The notes: generated by a model from the sequence alone, not told the origin. 59,320 nucleotides of DNA from an uncultured bacterium (GCA_964485475.1 CAZAKB010000001.1:1-59320), one strand, 5' to 3'. Shown: positions 6,929-16,617, counted from the first letter of the stretch. Made by a program: numbers and translations.

Positions 6929-9664
6929 ATGCTTAATTTGTCGGAGATTTTAATGAATAAACGATCTGTTATTGCTACTTTAATAATTACCGCTTTATTT
7001 CGGGTCGCTTTTTCGGGTACAACCGGTAAAATCAGCGGTAAGATTATAGATGCAAATACAAGTGAACCGGTTATTGGAGCCAATATCTATCTTGAAAATA
7101 CCGATTACGGTGCTGTATCCGACGTTGATGGAAATTATTTTATCATCAATGTCTCACCGGGAATGTATAGCCTGGTATGTTCATTTATTGGATATGAGAA
7201 AATCACATATACCGGGATTTCGGTCAGTGTGGACAGAACATCGTCGATGAATTTTGAAATTAAACCGGAAACGATTCAGGGCAAAGAAGTTATCGTTGTT
7301 GGTGAACGTAAAGTAATTGAAATGGACCGGACGAACACAGCTGCCTATGTCTCTTCCGAAAACATTGAAAAGATGCCAGTTCAGGAATTAGACGATCTGA
7401 TCCAGCTTCAGACTGGTGTTGTGAAAGATGCCAGTGGTGAATTCCATATTCGGGGTGGTCGGGCTGGTGAGATTGCTTACTTAATTGATGGTGTTCCCAT
7501 TACCGATCAGTACAATGGTGGCAGTTCAATCGGTCTGGAAAACAATTGGGTACAGGAACTTCAGGTTATCAGCGGCACGTTTAATGCTGAATACGGACAG
7601 GCTCAGTCCGGTGTGGTTAATATCGTGACAAAAGAGGGTGCTAAGCAATTTAAGGGAAATATTTCTGTTGCGATGGGGGATTATTTATCCACCCATAATG
7701 ATGTATTTATGAACATTGATCATCTGAACATAGGCGAAACGGATATTAGCACCAATCTTCAGGGACCATTTCCGATTATCCCAAAGGGCTCATTCTATAC
7801 ATCACTACGCTATTATACGACCGATGGGTGGCTATACGGACAACGGAACGTGCGGATTGAGGACACTGTGCCGATTCAGCAATATATTAACCAGGCCAAT
7901 AAAACGTATAGCTCAGATCAAACCCTATACGGAATTCCGATTTCCGATTCTTTGCAAACCGGTGATGGCGAATATATTCCAATGAACTGGAAGAACAAAC
8001 TTTCGTTCTATGGAAAATTGACCACAAAACTGGGTCCGGCGAAAATCAATTACTCACTATTTTATAATGACGATAAAAGTAAAAGTTATTCGGATGCTTA
8101 CCGATATGCTCCCGATGGTGTCCGGACGAATTATGGGACAAGTTTCAATCACATACTTAGTTTTAATCATGTGTTGAGCAACAGCACGTTTTATGTGTTT
8201 AATCTTTCATGGTACTCGAAAAACACCCAGGCCTATTTATTTGAAGATCCGCTGGATAACCGCTATCAAGGGGCGGCTTATTCTGCAGACGGATTTTCCT
8301 ATGGCGGAACACAAAAAGGACGGTATGATATTACCCGGTCGGCGATATCTTCCAAGTTTGACTTTACCAGCCAGGTGAATATAGCAAACCAGATTAAATC
8401 CGGCATTGAACTTAAACAGCATAATCTGAAATACATCCTTCTGGAAACAGTTGCAGAAGGTCCTACATATGAATATCCGGACTTACGCATTCCCGCTCAA
8501 ATTACAGTAGGAAACGATCGATATACAGTAAAACCGATGGAAGCATCGGCATACATTCAGGATAAAATTGAATTAAATGAATTGATAATGAATTTTGGGC
8601 TGCGATACGATTTCTGGGATCCCAATGCCGTCGTTCCGGATACTTTGCGGGCCGCAGCAGATTCAGGTACTATTCGACTTGGTACAACGTTCTCTGACGC
8701 CAAAACACAATCTCAAATCAGTCCCCGTTTTGGTCTTGCTTTTCCGATTTCCTCAAATGGTGTCATACATGCATCCTATGGACACTTTTTTCAGTTACCC
8801 CGCTTTGAAGCAATTTACAGTAATTATGAATGTGAGATCGAACTCGGCAGTTTACAGTCCAAACTCGGAAATCCAAATCTGAAACCTGAGAAAACAGTCA
8901 GCTATGAAATCGGCTTGCAGCAGGAAATGCTGGGACATTTTGCACTGGACGTGACGGTGTTTTACAAAGACATCAAGAACCTGCTCAGCCAGGAGATCGT
9001 GTCAACAATCGATAAAAAAGTATATGCTCGGTATATCAATCGCGACTACGGGAATGTTAAAGGATTTACAATATCCTTTAAAAAAGGCCGGGGATATTCC
9101 GATTTCATGTCCGCGTCGGTGGATTATACGTATCAGGTAGCCCGGGGAAATGCTTCTGATCCAAATGCGATATTTACAAATTTTCAATCCGATCCGCCGA
9201 AGGAGCCTGAAAAACAGGTATTACCGTTGGATTGGGACCAAACTCATACCCTGAATGCCTCTCTGGCTATTGGTAATCCCTCGGATTGGAACCTGGGAGT
9301 AATTGGACGGTTTGCGACGGGGCAACCATATACTCCCAAAAATCCTGGTAGTGCCCTGACAGCCCAATTTGAAAATAGCGACCGCAAACCTGTAACCTTT
9401 AATATTGATTTAACGTTCTACAAGTTCGTTTCATTGTCTGAATTCAAAGTCAAGTTGTTCTGTAAAGTATTTAATTTAACTGACCGATTGAATGAAATAA
9501 AAGTATATTCAGGTACGGGTAGTGCCGATTATAATTATCGGACAATGGCGGACCGATTGGCATTATTACGAAATCCGAATTTTACAATTAAACAAATTGA
9601 CCTTAGACCGGATTACTATTCTGAGCCGCGCAAAATTCTTGTTGGTATCAGCGTAGATTTTTAA
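6929..9664 (+). CDS. TonB-dependent outer-membrane receptor with an N-terminal carboxypeptidase-regulatory-like domain (SusC-like architecture)
   Basis: CarbopepD_reg motif: GKISGKIIDANTSEPVIGANIYLENTDYGAVSDVDGNYFI. Plug motif: HIRGGRAGEIAYLIDGVPI and NAEYGQAQSGVVNIVTK. The barrel ends in a terminal F. The start may be the internal ATG at 6953 (MNKRSVIATL). Confidence 0.85.
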   Translation: MLNLSEILMNKRSVIATLIITALFRVAFSGTTGKISGKIIDANTSEPVIGANIYLENTDYGAVSDVDGNYFIINVSPGMYSLVCSFIGYEKITYTGISVSVDRTSSMNFEIKPETIQGKEVIVVGERKVIEMDRTNTAAYVSSENIEKMPVQELDDLIQLQTGVVKDASGEFHIRGGRAGEIAYLIDGVPITDQYNGGSSIGLENNWVQELQVISGTFNAEYGQAQSGVVNIVTKEGAKQFKGNISVAMGDYLSTHNDVFMNIDHLNIGETDISTNLQGPFPIIPKGSFYTSLRYYTTDGWLYGQRNVRIEDTVPIQQYINQANKTYSSDQTLYGIPISDSLQTGDGEYIPMNWKNKLSFYGKLTTKLGPAKINYSLFYNDDKSKSYSDAYRYAPDGVRTNYGTSFNHILSFNHVLSNSTFYVFNLSWYSKNTQAYLFEDPLDNRYQGAAYSADGFSYGGTQKGRYDITRSAISSKFDFTSQVNIANQIKSGIELKQHNLKYILLETVAEGPTYEYPDLRIPAQITVGNDRYTVKPMEASAYIQDKIELNELIMNFGLRYDFWDPNAVVPDTLRAAADSGTIRLGTTFSDAKTQSQISPRFGLAFPISSNGVIHASYGHFFQLPRFEAIYSNYECEIELGSLQSKLGNPNLKPEKTVSYEIGLQQEMLGHFALDVTVFYKDIKNLLSQEIVSTIDKKVYARYINRDYGNVKGFTISFKKGRGYSDFMSASVDYTYQVARGNASDPNAIFTNFQSDPPKEPEKQVLPLDWDQTHTLNASLAIGNPSDWNLGVIGRFATGQPYTPKNPGSALTAQFENSDRKPVTFNIDLTFYKFVSLSEFKVKLFCKVFNLTDRLNEIKVYSGTGSADYNYRTMADRLALLRNPNFTIKQIDLRPDYYSEPRKILVGISVDF

Positions 9665-9709
9665 AAAGTGAATATTCAATATGAGCAGATGAAATAATAA
9701 ATAAGTGAA

Positions 9710-12700
9710 ATGAGGAATATGAGTCGCTATAAAAAAATATTGGTTACTCTGATAATATCGATGCTGTTGACAGGTTCCATGGCATTAGCGGGGCCGGAAC
9801 ACCGTCGTACCGGAATTCATAACGGAAATCTGGTCAATACGCGCTACTCAAATTTTGGCAACTTGGGAAGTCGGGATGAATATCCGAAGATGGAATGGCC
9901 CAAAGGTACCGGTTTTATTTATGGTTTCGAATTTATCATGGAGGCCGCCGCGGAAGTAGTAGATGCAAACGGCGTGACCGTCCAGATTACTTCTGAAAGC
10001 TACACTCATCCGACATCACACGATATATCTCTTGATGGTACACATCTATGGAATTGGGAACCGCTACCGGGATATTTTAACGAGAATACATCTGTTAATA
10101 AAGATGAGTTTCCGGCGATGAGTCATAAACCGGAAACCTGGCCAACATCCTGGCCCTATGATTATCCCGGTGATCCCGGAACTCGGGACGGCATGTGGAA
10201 TGGTGAATTCGGGGCCTATGTGCGTGCTGACCAGGAAAGTTATTATATGATTGATGACCGGAACAATGATGAATTTGAGTATTATCCCTTTATTAACAGT
10301 GCCATTGATTCCGGGGGCTATTATACCGGTGGCCGCAGAGGACTTGGTTTACAAGTAAGGGTACGTGGCTATCAATGGGCAGCTGTTGCTGCCGAGGATA
10401 TCCTGATTGTGCGGTATGATTTTAAAAATTACAGTCAAAAAGATTTACCGAAAGTTGTCTTTGGCATGTATGCGGATGTCATGGTCGGAGATTCAGGGGA
10501 TTCGGCTGATGATTTAGCCTATTTTGATGACATTGATGATATTGTTTATTGCTGGGATGCCGATGGTTTGGACATTCATAACCGTACGGGGCTGGGATAT
10601 TTTGGATACGCTTTTTTAGAAAGCCCTGGTGATCCTCTCAATGGTCTTGATGATGATGAAGATGGAATCGTTGATGAAGAGCAGGATAATGATCGTGGCA
10701 GCTTTGATGAAAGTTCCGGGCATTGGGAAGGTGACGAAGACGGTGACTGGCGCGATTATACAGATGTTAATTCTAATGGTATTTGGGATCATGGTGAGTT
10801 TATCGGTGATGACGTTGGGTCCGATGGAATTGGTCCCTATGACCAGGGATACACCGGTCCTGATACGGACGGTACCGAGGCAAATGGGATGCCTGATCAG
10901 GGCGAACCGAATTTTGGAAAAACCGATAACGATGAATCCGACCAGATTGGTCTGACCAGTTTTATTCTTGTGAATGCACAGAGTTTGAAATACGATGACC
11001 GCAATTGGCAACAAATGACGCCTGGTCTTTTTTCCATACCGCCGGTGACCAATCTCGCATTTGTTTATGGGTCGGGTTATTTTGAGTTGCCGGTTGATCA
11101 TACTCGCAAGTTTGCCATTGCCAATTTATTCGGAAATGACTGGGAAGACATTATCAAGAACAAACGAACGATGCAAAAGATATATGATGCGGATTACAGC
11201 TTTACCAAACCGCCCCTCAAACCAAATGTCAGGGCAGTTGCCAGAGATAAGATGGTTGTTTTAACCTGGGATAAGATGGCGGAGTTGTCTATTGATCCGA
11301 TCTACCGGGAAGATTTCGAGGGGTATTTGATTTATAAAGCAACCGATCCGTCTTTTAATGAAATTAAATCTATTACCGATGCCAATGGTAATGCACTTTA
11401 CTGGAAACCAATTGCACAGTATGATCGGAAAGATGGTCTTTACGGGCTGCATCCGATCACGATCGAAGGGACCGGAGTCCATTTTGATATGGGTACGGAC
11501 AACGGATTAAAATATCATTATATCGACACCGATGTGGATAACGGGCGTCGTTATTTTTATGCGGTTTGTTCTTATGACCGGGGTTATGATGAGGATTTTT
11601 ATGACCGTGGTATTTCAAGTGTTCAATACCTGGCTGCGGTCTATCCGACGGAATGCAGTAAAATTATTCAACTGGATGCTGTGGGCGAACTTGAGTTCGT
11701 GGATATTAATTGCGCCGTTGTGACTCCCAATGCAGGGAGTGCTGGATATGTTGAAGGCCAAATGGGTGGTGAATATGAGCACACCGGTCTGGCGACAGGA
11801 AACCTCGAAGTAAATTTTGCAATTCCCGATGATGTTCAGGATAATCATACCTATGAAATAACCTTTTCTGATACGACTGGAGGGCGTTTTACAAATGGAA
11901 TATGTATCAAAGATCTGACAGATGATGAAATTCTTTTTCTTAAAGATTTCTATGATGAATATGTTATCAGTGATGAAATTATTGAAGGCATGCGTTTTGA
12001 TCTGTACAACGATTCTTCATATGTGACGGAGCGTGGGTGGTTAATTGGAGATTGTAATCTGCCGTATACAGTTGGTCCCAGCAAGGATACCGCCAAGCGC
12101 AGAACTTTGCCCGAAGATATTGAAATCCGAGTACTGGAACCTAACGCTGATACGTCTTTTTTTAATCCTCTTGATACACAATCGAACCGGCCGGTAAATT
12201 TTCAGATATGGAGTGTCAGTTATAATCAAAAACTTGACTTTGCATTTTTTGAAACTACTAATAAAGATGGGCTGCTGAATGGCGGTGACCAAATCAGTAT
12301 TTGCCATGAAATACAAAATTTTGGTACAGCCTCTAAAATTGCCTGGATTTTTGAACTGGATACTCTAAGTAGTGGAATTGATCCGCAAGCCGGTGATGTA
12401 TTTTATTTTAATGTGACTAAACCTTTTAATGCAGGTGATACAATCAGGTTTACAACGAATGCATCGAAAATCGTTAATCAGAATGCCAAAGAAGAATTGG
12501 ATGATATTTATGTAGTTCCGGATCCCTACGTGGTTAGTGCTTCCTGGGAGAAACCGCTTTTTTATTCCAGTGGCCGGGGTGAACGCCGGATCGATTTTGT
12601 GAATCTACCTCAGGAATGTACAATCCGGATTTATACGGTTTCGGGGAAAATGATCAAGACGATTAAACATACTTCCGCAATGGCGTTGGGTGCGGAACCC

Positions 12701-12811
12701 TGGGACCTTGTTTCTGAAGATGGATTAACTGTGTCCTATGGGATATATGTTTTCCATGTGGATGCTCCGGGAATTGGTTCCAAAGTTGGCAAGTTTGCAT
12801 TGATAAAGTGA
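9710..12811 (+). CDS. Large secreted partner protein (1033 aa) with a D-rich Ca-binding repeat region, an FN3-like module and a variant T9SS-like C-terminal domain. Function is unknown.
   Basis: It has a signal peptide. It is a paralogue of 43068-46685, sharing the blocks AMSH..TWP, GLGL...VRG.QW, FLESPG, ESDQIGLTSF, KPNVR.VA.DK.V.L.WD, DFEGY.IY.ATDP and Y.YAV..YD. The C terminus reads VVPDPYVV...RIDFVNLPQECTIRIYTVSGK...YGIYVFHVDAPGIGSKVGKFALIK. Confidence 0.75.
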   Translation: MRNMSRYKKILVTLIISMLLTGSMALAGPEHRRTGIHNGNLVNTRYSNFGNLGSRDEYPKMEWPKGTGFIYGFEFIMEAAAEVVDANGVTVQITSESYTHPTSHDISLDGTHLWNWEPLPGYFNENTSVNKDEFPAMSHKPETWPTSWPYDYPGDPGTRDGMWNGEFGAYVRADQESYYMIDDRNNDEFEYYPFINSAIDSGGYYTGGRRGLGLQVRVRGYQWAAVAAEDILIVRYDFKNYSQKDLPKVVFGMYADVMVGDSGDSADDLAYFDDIDDIVYCWDADGLDIHNRTGLGYFGYAFLESPGDPLNGLDDDEDGIVDEEQDNDRGSFDESSGHWEGDEDGDWRDYTDVNSNGIWDHGEFIGDDVGSDGIGPYDQGYTGPDTDGTEANGMPDQGEPNFGKTDNDESDQIGLTSFILVNAQSLKYDDRNWQQMTPGLFSIPPVTNLAFVYGSGYFELPVDHTRKFAIANLFGNDWEDIIKNKRTMQKIYDADYSFTKPPLKPNVRAVARDKMVVLTWDKMAELSIDPIYREDFEGYLIYKATDPSFNEIKSITDANGNALYWKPIAQYDRKDGLYGLHPITIEGTGVHFDMGTDNGLKYHYIDTDVDNGRRYFYAVCSYDRGYDEDFYDRGISSVQYLAAVYPTECSKIIQLDAVGELEFVDINCAVVTPNAGSAGYVEGQMGGEYEHTGLATGNLEVNFAIPDDVQDNHTYEITFSDTTGGRFTNGICIKDLTDDEILFLKDFYDEYVISDEIIEGMRFDLYNDSSYVTERGWLIGDCNLPYTVGPSKDTAKRRTLPEDIEIRVLEPNADTSFFNPLDTQSNRPVNFQIWSVSYNQKLDFAFFETTNKDGLLNGGDQISICHEIQNFGTASKIAWIFELDTLSSGIDPQAGDVFYFNVTKPFNAGDTIRFTTNASKIVNQNAKEELDDIYVVPDPYVVSASWEKPLFYSSGRGERRIDFVNLPQECTIRIYTVSGKMIKTIKHTSAMALGAEPWDLVSEDGLTVSYGIYVFHVDAPGIGSKVGKFALIK
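10630..10960 (+). repeat. Acidic DxDxDG-type (thrombospondin-3/dockerin-like) Ca-binding loop region inside the partner protein
   Basis: LDDDEDGIVDEEQDNDRG...EGDEDGDWRDYTDVNSNGIWD...DDVGSDGIGP...PDTDGTEANGMPD...TDNDESD. The GAT/GAC-rich DNA produces spurious ORFs in other frames. Confidence 0.65.
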
Positions 12812-12841
12812 TTAAAATGATAATTGGATTGAGGATTATAT

Positions 12842-13915
12842 ATGCATAATACAATAAAGGGGTGGTCAGTAGTATTAATTCTGATTTTACTGGTTTTTAC
12901 CGGAACGATGGATAGCATTGCCCAGGAAGAACAAGATTATGCCGACCTTATATATACAGGTGATGTTACCAAAAAGGGATCCTCAACTGCCCAATTTCTG
13001 GAAATTGGAATTGGTGCGCGAGCATTGTCTATGGGCAGCGCATTTACTGCAGTTGCCGATGACGCAACAGCTCTTTATTGGAACCCGGCAGGCATTACCC
13101 AAATCGCAAGGGCCAGTGTCTCCGGTACCCATACGGAGTGGTTTGCCGATATGTCTCTGGACTATGTTGCGGCTCTGGTTCCGGTCAGTAATGGACAGGT
13201 ACTGGGCTTAAGCATGTCTGTATTTAATGCAGTCGATAAGCAGTTGGTACGGACAGTAAGTTATCCTGAGGGAACCGGTGAGTATTACAGTGCGGCGGAT
13301 ATTTCTTTGGCCCTGACATATGCCATTAAAGTCACTGATCGGTTTTCCGGTGGATTAACCGGTAAATATATCCGGCAGCAGATTTGGCATTCCAGTTCAT
13401 CGGGATTTGCCATGGATATCGGATTATTGTACAAAACACAATTCAAGGGATTGAATATGGGTGCAAGTATATCGAATTTCGGTACGGATATGCGCCTGAA
13501 TGGCCGGGACTTGCGAAGGGCCTACGATGAAGATCCCGTCCATTATTCCAATGATAAATTGAATGTAATGCTGGAAACCGATGCTTTTCCGTTGCCTCTT
13601 CTGTTCAGGTATGGACTGTCATATAGCTTCACACCGATTAAATACAACGATATTACTCTGGCTGTGGACTTACTCCATCCTAGCAGTAATGTGGAATATA
13701 TCAATATCGGCATGGAATATTTACTGGGTAAAATTCTTTTCCTTCGGGTTGGCTACGAATCTTTATTCGATTCCGAATCTGAAAATGGTTTGAGCTACGG
13801 TGCCGGTATAAATTACCATCTGTATCAACAAACCTCGATTAATTTCGACTATGCATACATTGATTGGGGACGACTGTCCTATGTACAGCATTTTACGATT
13901 GGATTAACATTTTAA
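12842..13915 (+). CDS. PorV/PorQ-family (UPF0164-like) outer-membrane beta-barrel protein
   Basis: It has a signal peptide. The hallmark N-terminal motif is GIGARALSMGSAFTAVADDATALYWNPAGI. Alternating beta-strand patterns follow and the protein ends in F. It is a paralogue of 41998-43056. Confidence 0.7.
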   Translation: MHNTIKGWSVVLILILLVFTGTMDSIAQEEQDYADLIYTGDVTKKGSSTAQFLEIGIGARALSMGSAFTAVADDATALYWNPAGITQIARASVSGTHTEWFADMSLDYVAALVPVSNGQVLGLSMSVFNAVDKQLVRTVSYPEGTGEYYSAADISLALTYAIKVTDRFSGGLTGKYIRQQIWHSSSSGFAMDIGLLYKTQFKGLNMGASISNFGTDMRLNGRDLRRAYDEDPVHYSNDKLNVMLETDAFPLPLLFRYGLSYSFTPIKYNDITLAVDLLHPSSNVEYINIGMEYLLGKILFLRVGYESLFDSESENGLSYGAGINYHLYQQTSINFDYAYIDWGRLSYVQHFTIGLTF

Positions 13916-13949
13916 ACAATTTTAAATAATAATAACCGTTGGAGGTCTT

Positions 13950-16529
13950 ATGAAAATGAAAAATGTTACAATGTTGGGCTTGTGCATGATCCTGCTGATC
14001 ATCGCATTTTTTCCAATTTCCACATCAGCACAGTGGGGAAAAGCACTCCATTATAAATGGTGGGAGCATGATCGGTTGTTGGTTTTGCAATCTGTGGATT
14101 ACTGGCCGGAACATGTGTACCAGGGAACCGTTGAATTGTTTTTCAAACTGGATTCTACACTTCGTTCAGATAATCATGGAAATACCTATACCTATCTTAT
14201 ATCGAAAAATCAGGGTGGAGCCGCCAAGGGTGATTTTGGTATCGCTTGGGAAACTGGTCAGGGTGATATTCATTCGTGGATTCAGGATGTTTCCAAAACC
14301 GCAGCTGTGCACAGTTATGAGATCCAGGTCTGGCAACCACGCTGGTATCATGTTGCCGTGACATGGGATGTTAACGATTCCATGCGTTTATGGATCGATG
14401 GTGTCCAAATGGCGCAAAGAATTCCTTCTGGTTTAATTAATGATACATATCCCCCATTAGATGTGGAGAGTGGTAATATGCCAATCGTTATCGGAAACCA
14501 AACAACCGAACAGATGTCGAGTACCTGGGATGGTTTTCGGGGAGTTATTGATGAATTCCGGATTTCCAATGTAGTTCGCTATACTGAAGATTTTGAAGTA
14601 CCCACAGAACCTTTTACGATGGACGCCGGGACAATGGCCCTTTGGCATTTCGACGAAGGCGAAGGATACATTGCTTATGACAATGCGTATGGATTATTTA
14701 ATGGAGCACTGGGCAATTCAATAAACGGATATGTCGATGCTCCACAATGGGTGGACATTGAGTATTCGGAAAAAATCATCATTAATGAAGTCTTACTGGA
14801 TGAAAGAAACAGTGATATTAACGGGGATGGGACCAGTGATGTAAAAGACGAGTTCGTCGAGTTGACGAATATATTTAATAAGGCTGTTGATTTGTCGGGA
14901 TGGCGGATAGGCGATGATGATGCAATCACTTTTACGTTTCCAGATGGTTATAAACTTGAACCAAATAAATTCGTCATCATCGTTGGTGGCGGTGATGTCA
15001 GCAGCCTACCGGGATATGACTCAGACCCATTAAAAACTGCAGTTTTTTCGGCTGGCGGCTCCATTGGTGACGGCTTGTCGGAAACCGGAGAGTATATCAT
15101 CCTACTATCGAGATTGGGCTATTCTGACTGTTACCTGGCTGTTGGCGACAAAGCCACTGCAGGAGCTCCGACATCAGCATTTCTCAGTGAAATTAACTGG
15201 GAATTTGTCAATACAACTGTTGCCGCTTCCGACCAGAATGCGTCTGTAACCCGAAACCAGGACGGGAATACGGAGATGGAAGATCCATTCGCGGTTCATA
15301 GCTCTACTGGAAGTGTTAACTATTCGCCAGGAACGACAATAGATGGTGCAGATTACTTGTCCTATTTAGTGACGATGAGTATGGACCCCGAAGGAGTTGG
15401 TACTTTGGAAATTGATACGGTAATGGCCCGCTATGAATATAACCAGGTGGTAACATTTAATGCAAAACCGATTTATGGTGAAGGACATGCCTTTGGGCAT
15501 TGGACGACCAATGATGTTGGTTTTACAAGTAAGTTAAATCCGCTGACCATGTCAATTAATAAACCCCAGCATGTGACTGCTCACTTTTTACCAAGGGTTC
15601 AAATTACACCGCGAGTAGTTATTAACGAGATCAACTTTGATGTTTACAAAGATGCCAATGGTGATGGTATCATCGAATCCAATCAGGATGAATTTGTCGA
15701 AATTATCAATATCTCTGCCGAAGATGTGGATTTGACCGGCTGGCGTTTGGGTGATGACGAAGAATTGTCTTTTACTTTTCCGGATGGATATGTAATCAAA
15801 TCCGGTCAGATCGTAACGGTTTTTTCCGGAGGAAATATCACGGGGGTTCCTGGCTTTAATGTGAATCCGACAAAATCCAAAGTCTTTGTCTCTGATGTTA
15901 TTGATCGCCTGGGAAACGGTCTGAATAATACAAATGAAGCAATATTACTGGTTTCTGCGGATGGGACCGAGGATATGTATGTCCAGAACCGTGACCGTAA
16001 TTTTAAAGGTGATCCGTTTATGAAGTCCGCTGAAGGTATTGACTTTGAAATTCGTATCGACGCGCAGGATTCCACCTGGAATAATAACTCGATTACCCTT
16101 TATCCTGATGGTGATTTGACTGAGGACGATCCCTATGTACAGCACAAAACCGTGGCGCTGAACGACTCCTGCTTTTCCCCTGGCCAGACGGTGGATTTCC
16201 AAAACTCCATAGTTGTAAATGCGATTGATGATTCGGAATCGGGTTTACCAAAATCCTTTGCACTGCATTCGAATTTTCCGAATCCCTTCAACCCGGAAAC
16301 TACGATTCGTTTTGATGTCCCTAGCCAATCAAAGGTTAGTTTGATTGTTTATGATATTTTAGGGAAAAAGGTTGCGGAACTGACGGATAATGAATTCAAT
16401 GCCGGATATTATCAGTTACGTTGGAATGGACGGAATAGTAACGGACAGATTGTCCCTGCGGGAGTCTATTTCTACCGGATTCAGACTGACAACTTTACTC
16501 AAACCAATAAAATGATTCTATTGAAATAA
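13950..16529 (+). CDS. Secreted T9SS cargo with a LamG (concanavalin-like) domain, two lamin-tail (LTD) domains and a type-A CTD
   Basis: LamG: WYHVAVTWD...LWIDGV...FRGVIDEFRISN. LTD1 at about 14778-15000: IINEVLLD...DEFVELTN...VDLSGWRIGDD. LTD2 at about 15618-15840: VINEINFD...DEFVEIINIS...VDLTGWRLGDD. CTD: NFPNPFNPETTIRFD...GVYFYRIQ...KMILLK. Confidence 0.75.
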   Translation: MKMKNVTMLGLCMILLIIAFFPISTSAQWGKALHYKWWEHDRLLVLQSVDYWPEHVYQGTVELFFKLDSTLRSDNHGNTYTYLISKNQGGAAKGDFGIAWETGQGDIHSWIQDVSKTAAVHSYEIQVWQPRWYHVAVTWDVNDSMRLWIDGVQMAQRIPSGLINDTYPPLDVESGNMPIVIGNQTTEQMSSTWDGFRGVIDEFRISNVVRYTEDFEVPTEPFTMDAGTMALWHFDEGEGYIAYDNAYGLFNGALGNSINGYVDAPQWVDIEYSEKIIINEVLLDERNSDINGDGTSDVKDEFVELTNIFNKAVDLSGWRIGDDDAITFTFPDGYKLEPNKFVIIVGGGDVSSLPGYDSDPLKTAVFSAGGSIGDGLSETGEYIILLSRLGYSDCYLAVGDKATAGAPTSAFLSEINWEFVNTTVAASDQNASVTRNQDGNTEMEDPFAVHSSTGSVNYSPGTTIDGADYLSYLVTMSMDPEGVGTLEIDTVMARYEYNQVVTFNAKPIYGEGHAFGHWTTNDVGFTSKLNPLTMSINKPQHVTAHFLPRVQITPRVVINEINFDVYKDANGDGIIESNQDEFVEIINISAEDVDLTGWRLGDDEELSFTFPDGYVIKSGQIVTVFSGGNITGVPGFNVNPTKSKVFVSDVIDRLGNGLNNTNEAILLVSADGTEDMYVQNRDRNFKGDPFMKSAEGIDFEIRIDAQDSTWNNNSITLYPDGDLTEDDPYVQHKTVALNDSCFSPGQTVDFQNSIVVNAIDDSESGLPKSFALHSNFPNPFNPETTIRFDVPSQSKVSLIVYDILGKKVAELTDNEFNAGYYQLRWNGRNSNGQIVPAGVYFYRIQTDNFTQTNKMILLK

Positions 16530-16559
16530 GTCAGTTTTTTAAAAATTAAGATTGTGATT

Positions 16560-16585
16560 ATGGGCGGCTTTAATAAGCCGCCCAT
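16560..16585. terminator. Strong 11-bp hairpin with no U-tract. It may be a terminator, or an RNA processing or stability element.
   Basis: ATGGGCGGCTT, TAAT loop, AAGCCGCCCAT. It lies 31 nt after the stop at 16529 and has no T-run on either strand. Confidence 0.4.
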
Positions 16586-16617
16586 GCTAATGTAATAATG
16601 GTGAAGGACAAGGTGAG

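Noticed and set aside
10616-11101. A 161-aa ORF on the - strand and a 108-aa ORF in another + frame (10629-10955), both inside the partner-protein gene.
   Set aside because: They are by-products of the GAT/GAC/GGT-rich DNA that encodes the acidic Ca-binding loops. Their translations are low-complexity (I/T/N-rich or M/V-rich). They lie fully inside a 1033-aa ORF that has a clear paralogue.
9710-12811. The gene after each TBDR might be a SusD homologue.
   Set aside because: SusD proteins are TPR-rich lipoproteins of about 500-650 aa. The genes here encode proteins of 1033 and 1205 aa with acidic Ca-loops, FN3-like modules and a CTD, or PorV-like barrels. No lipobox or SusD-like pattern was seen.
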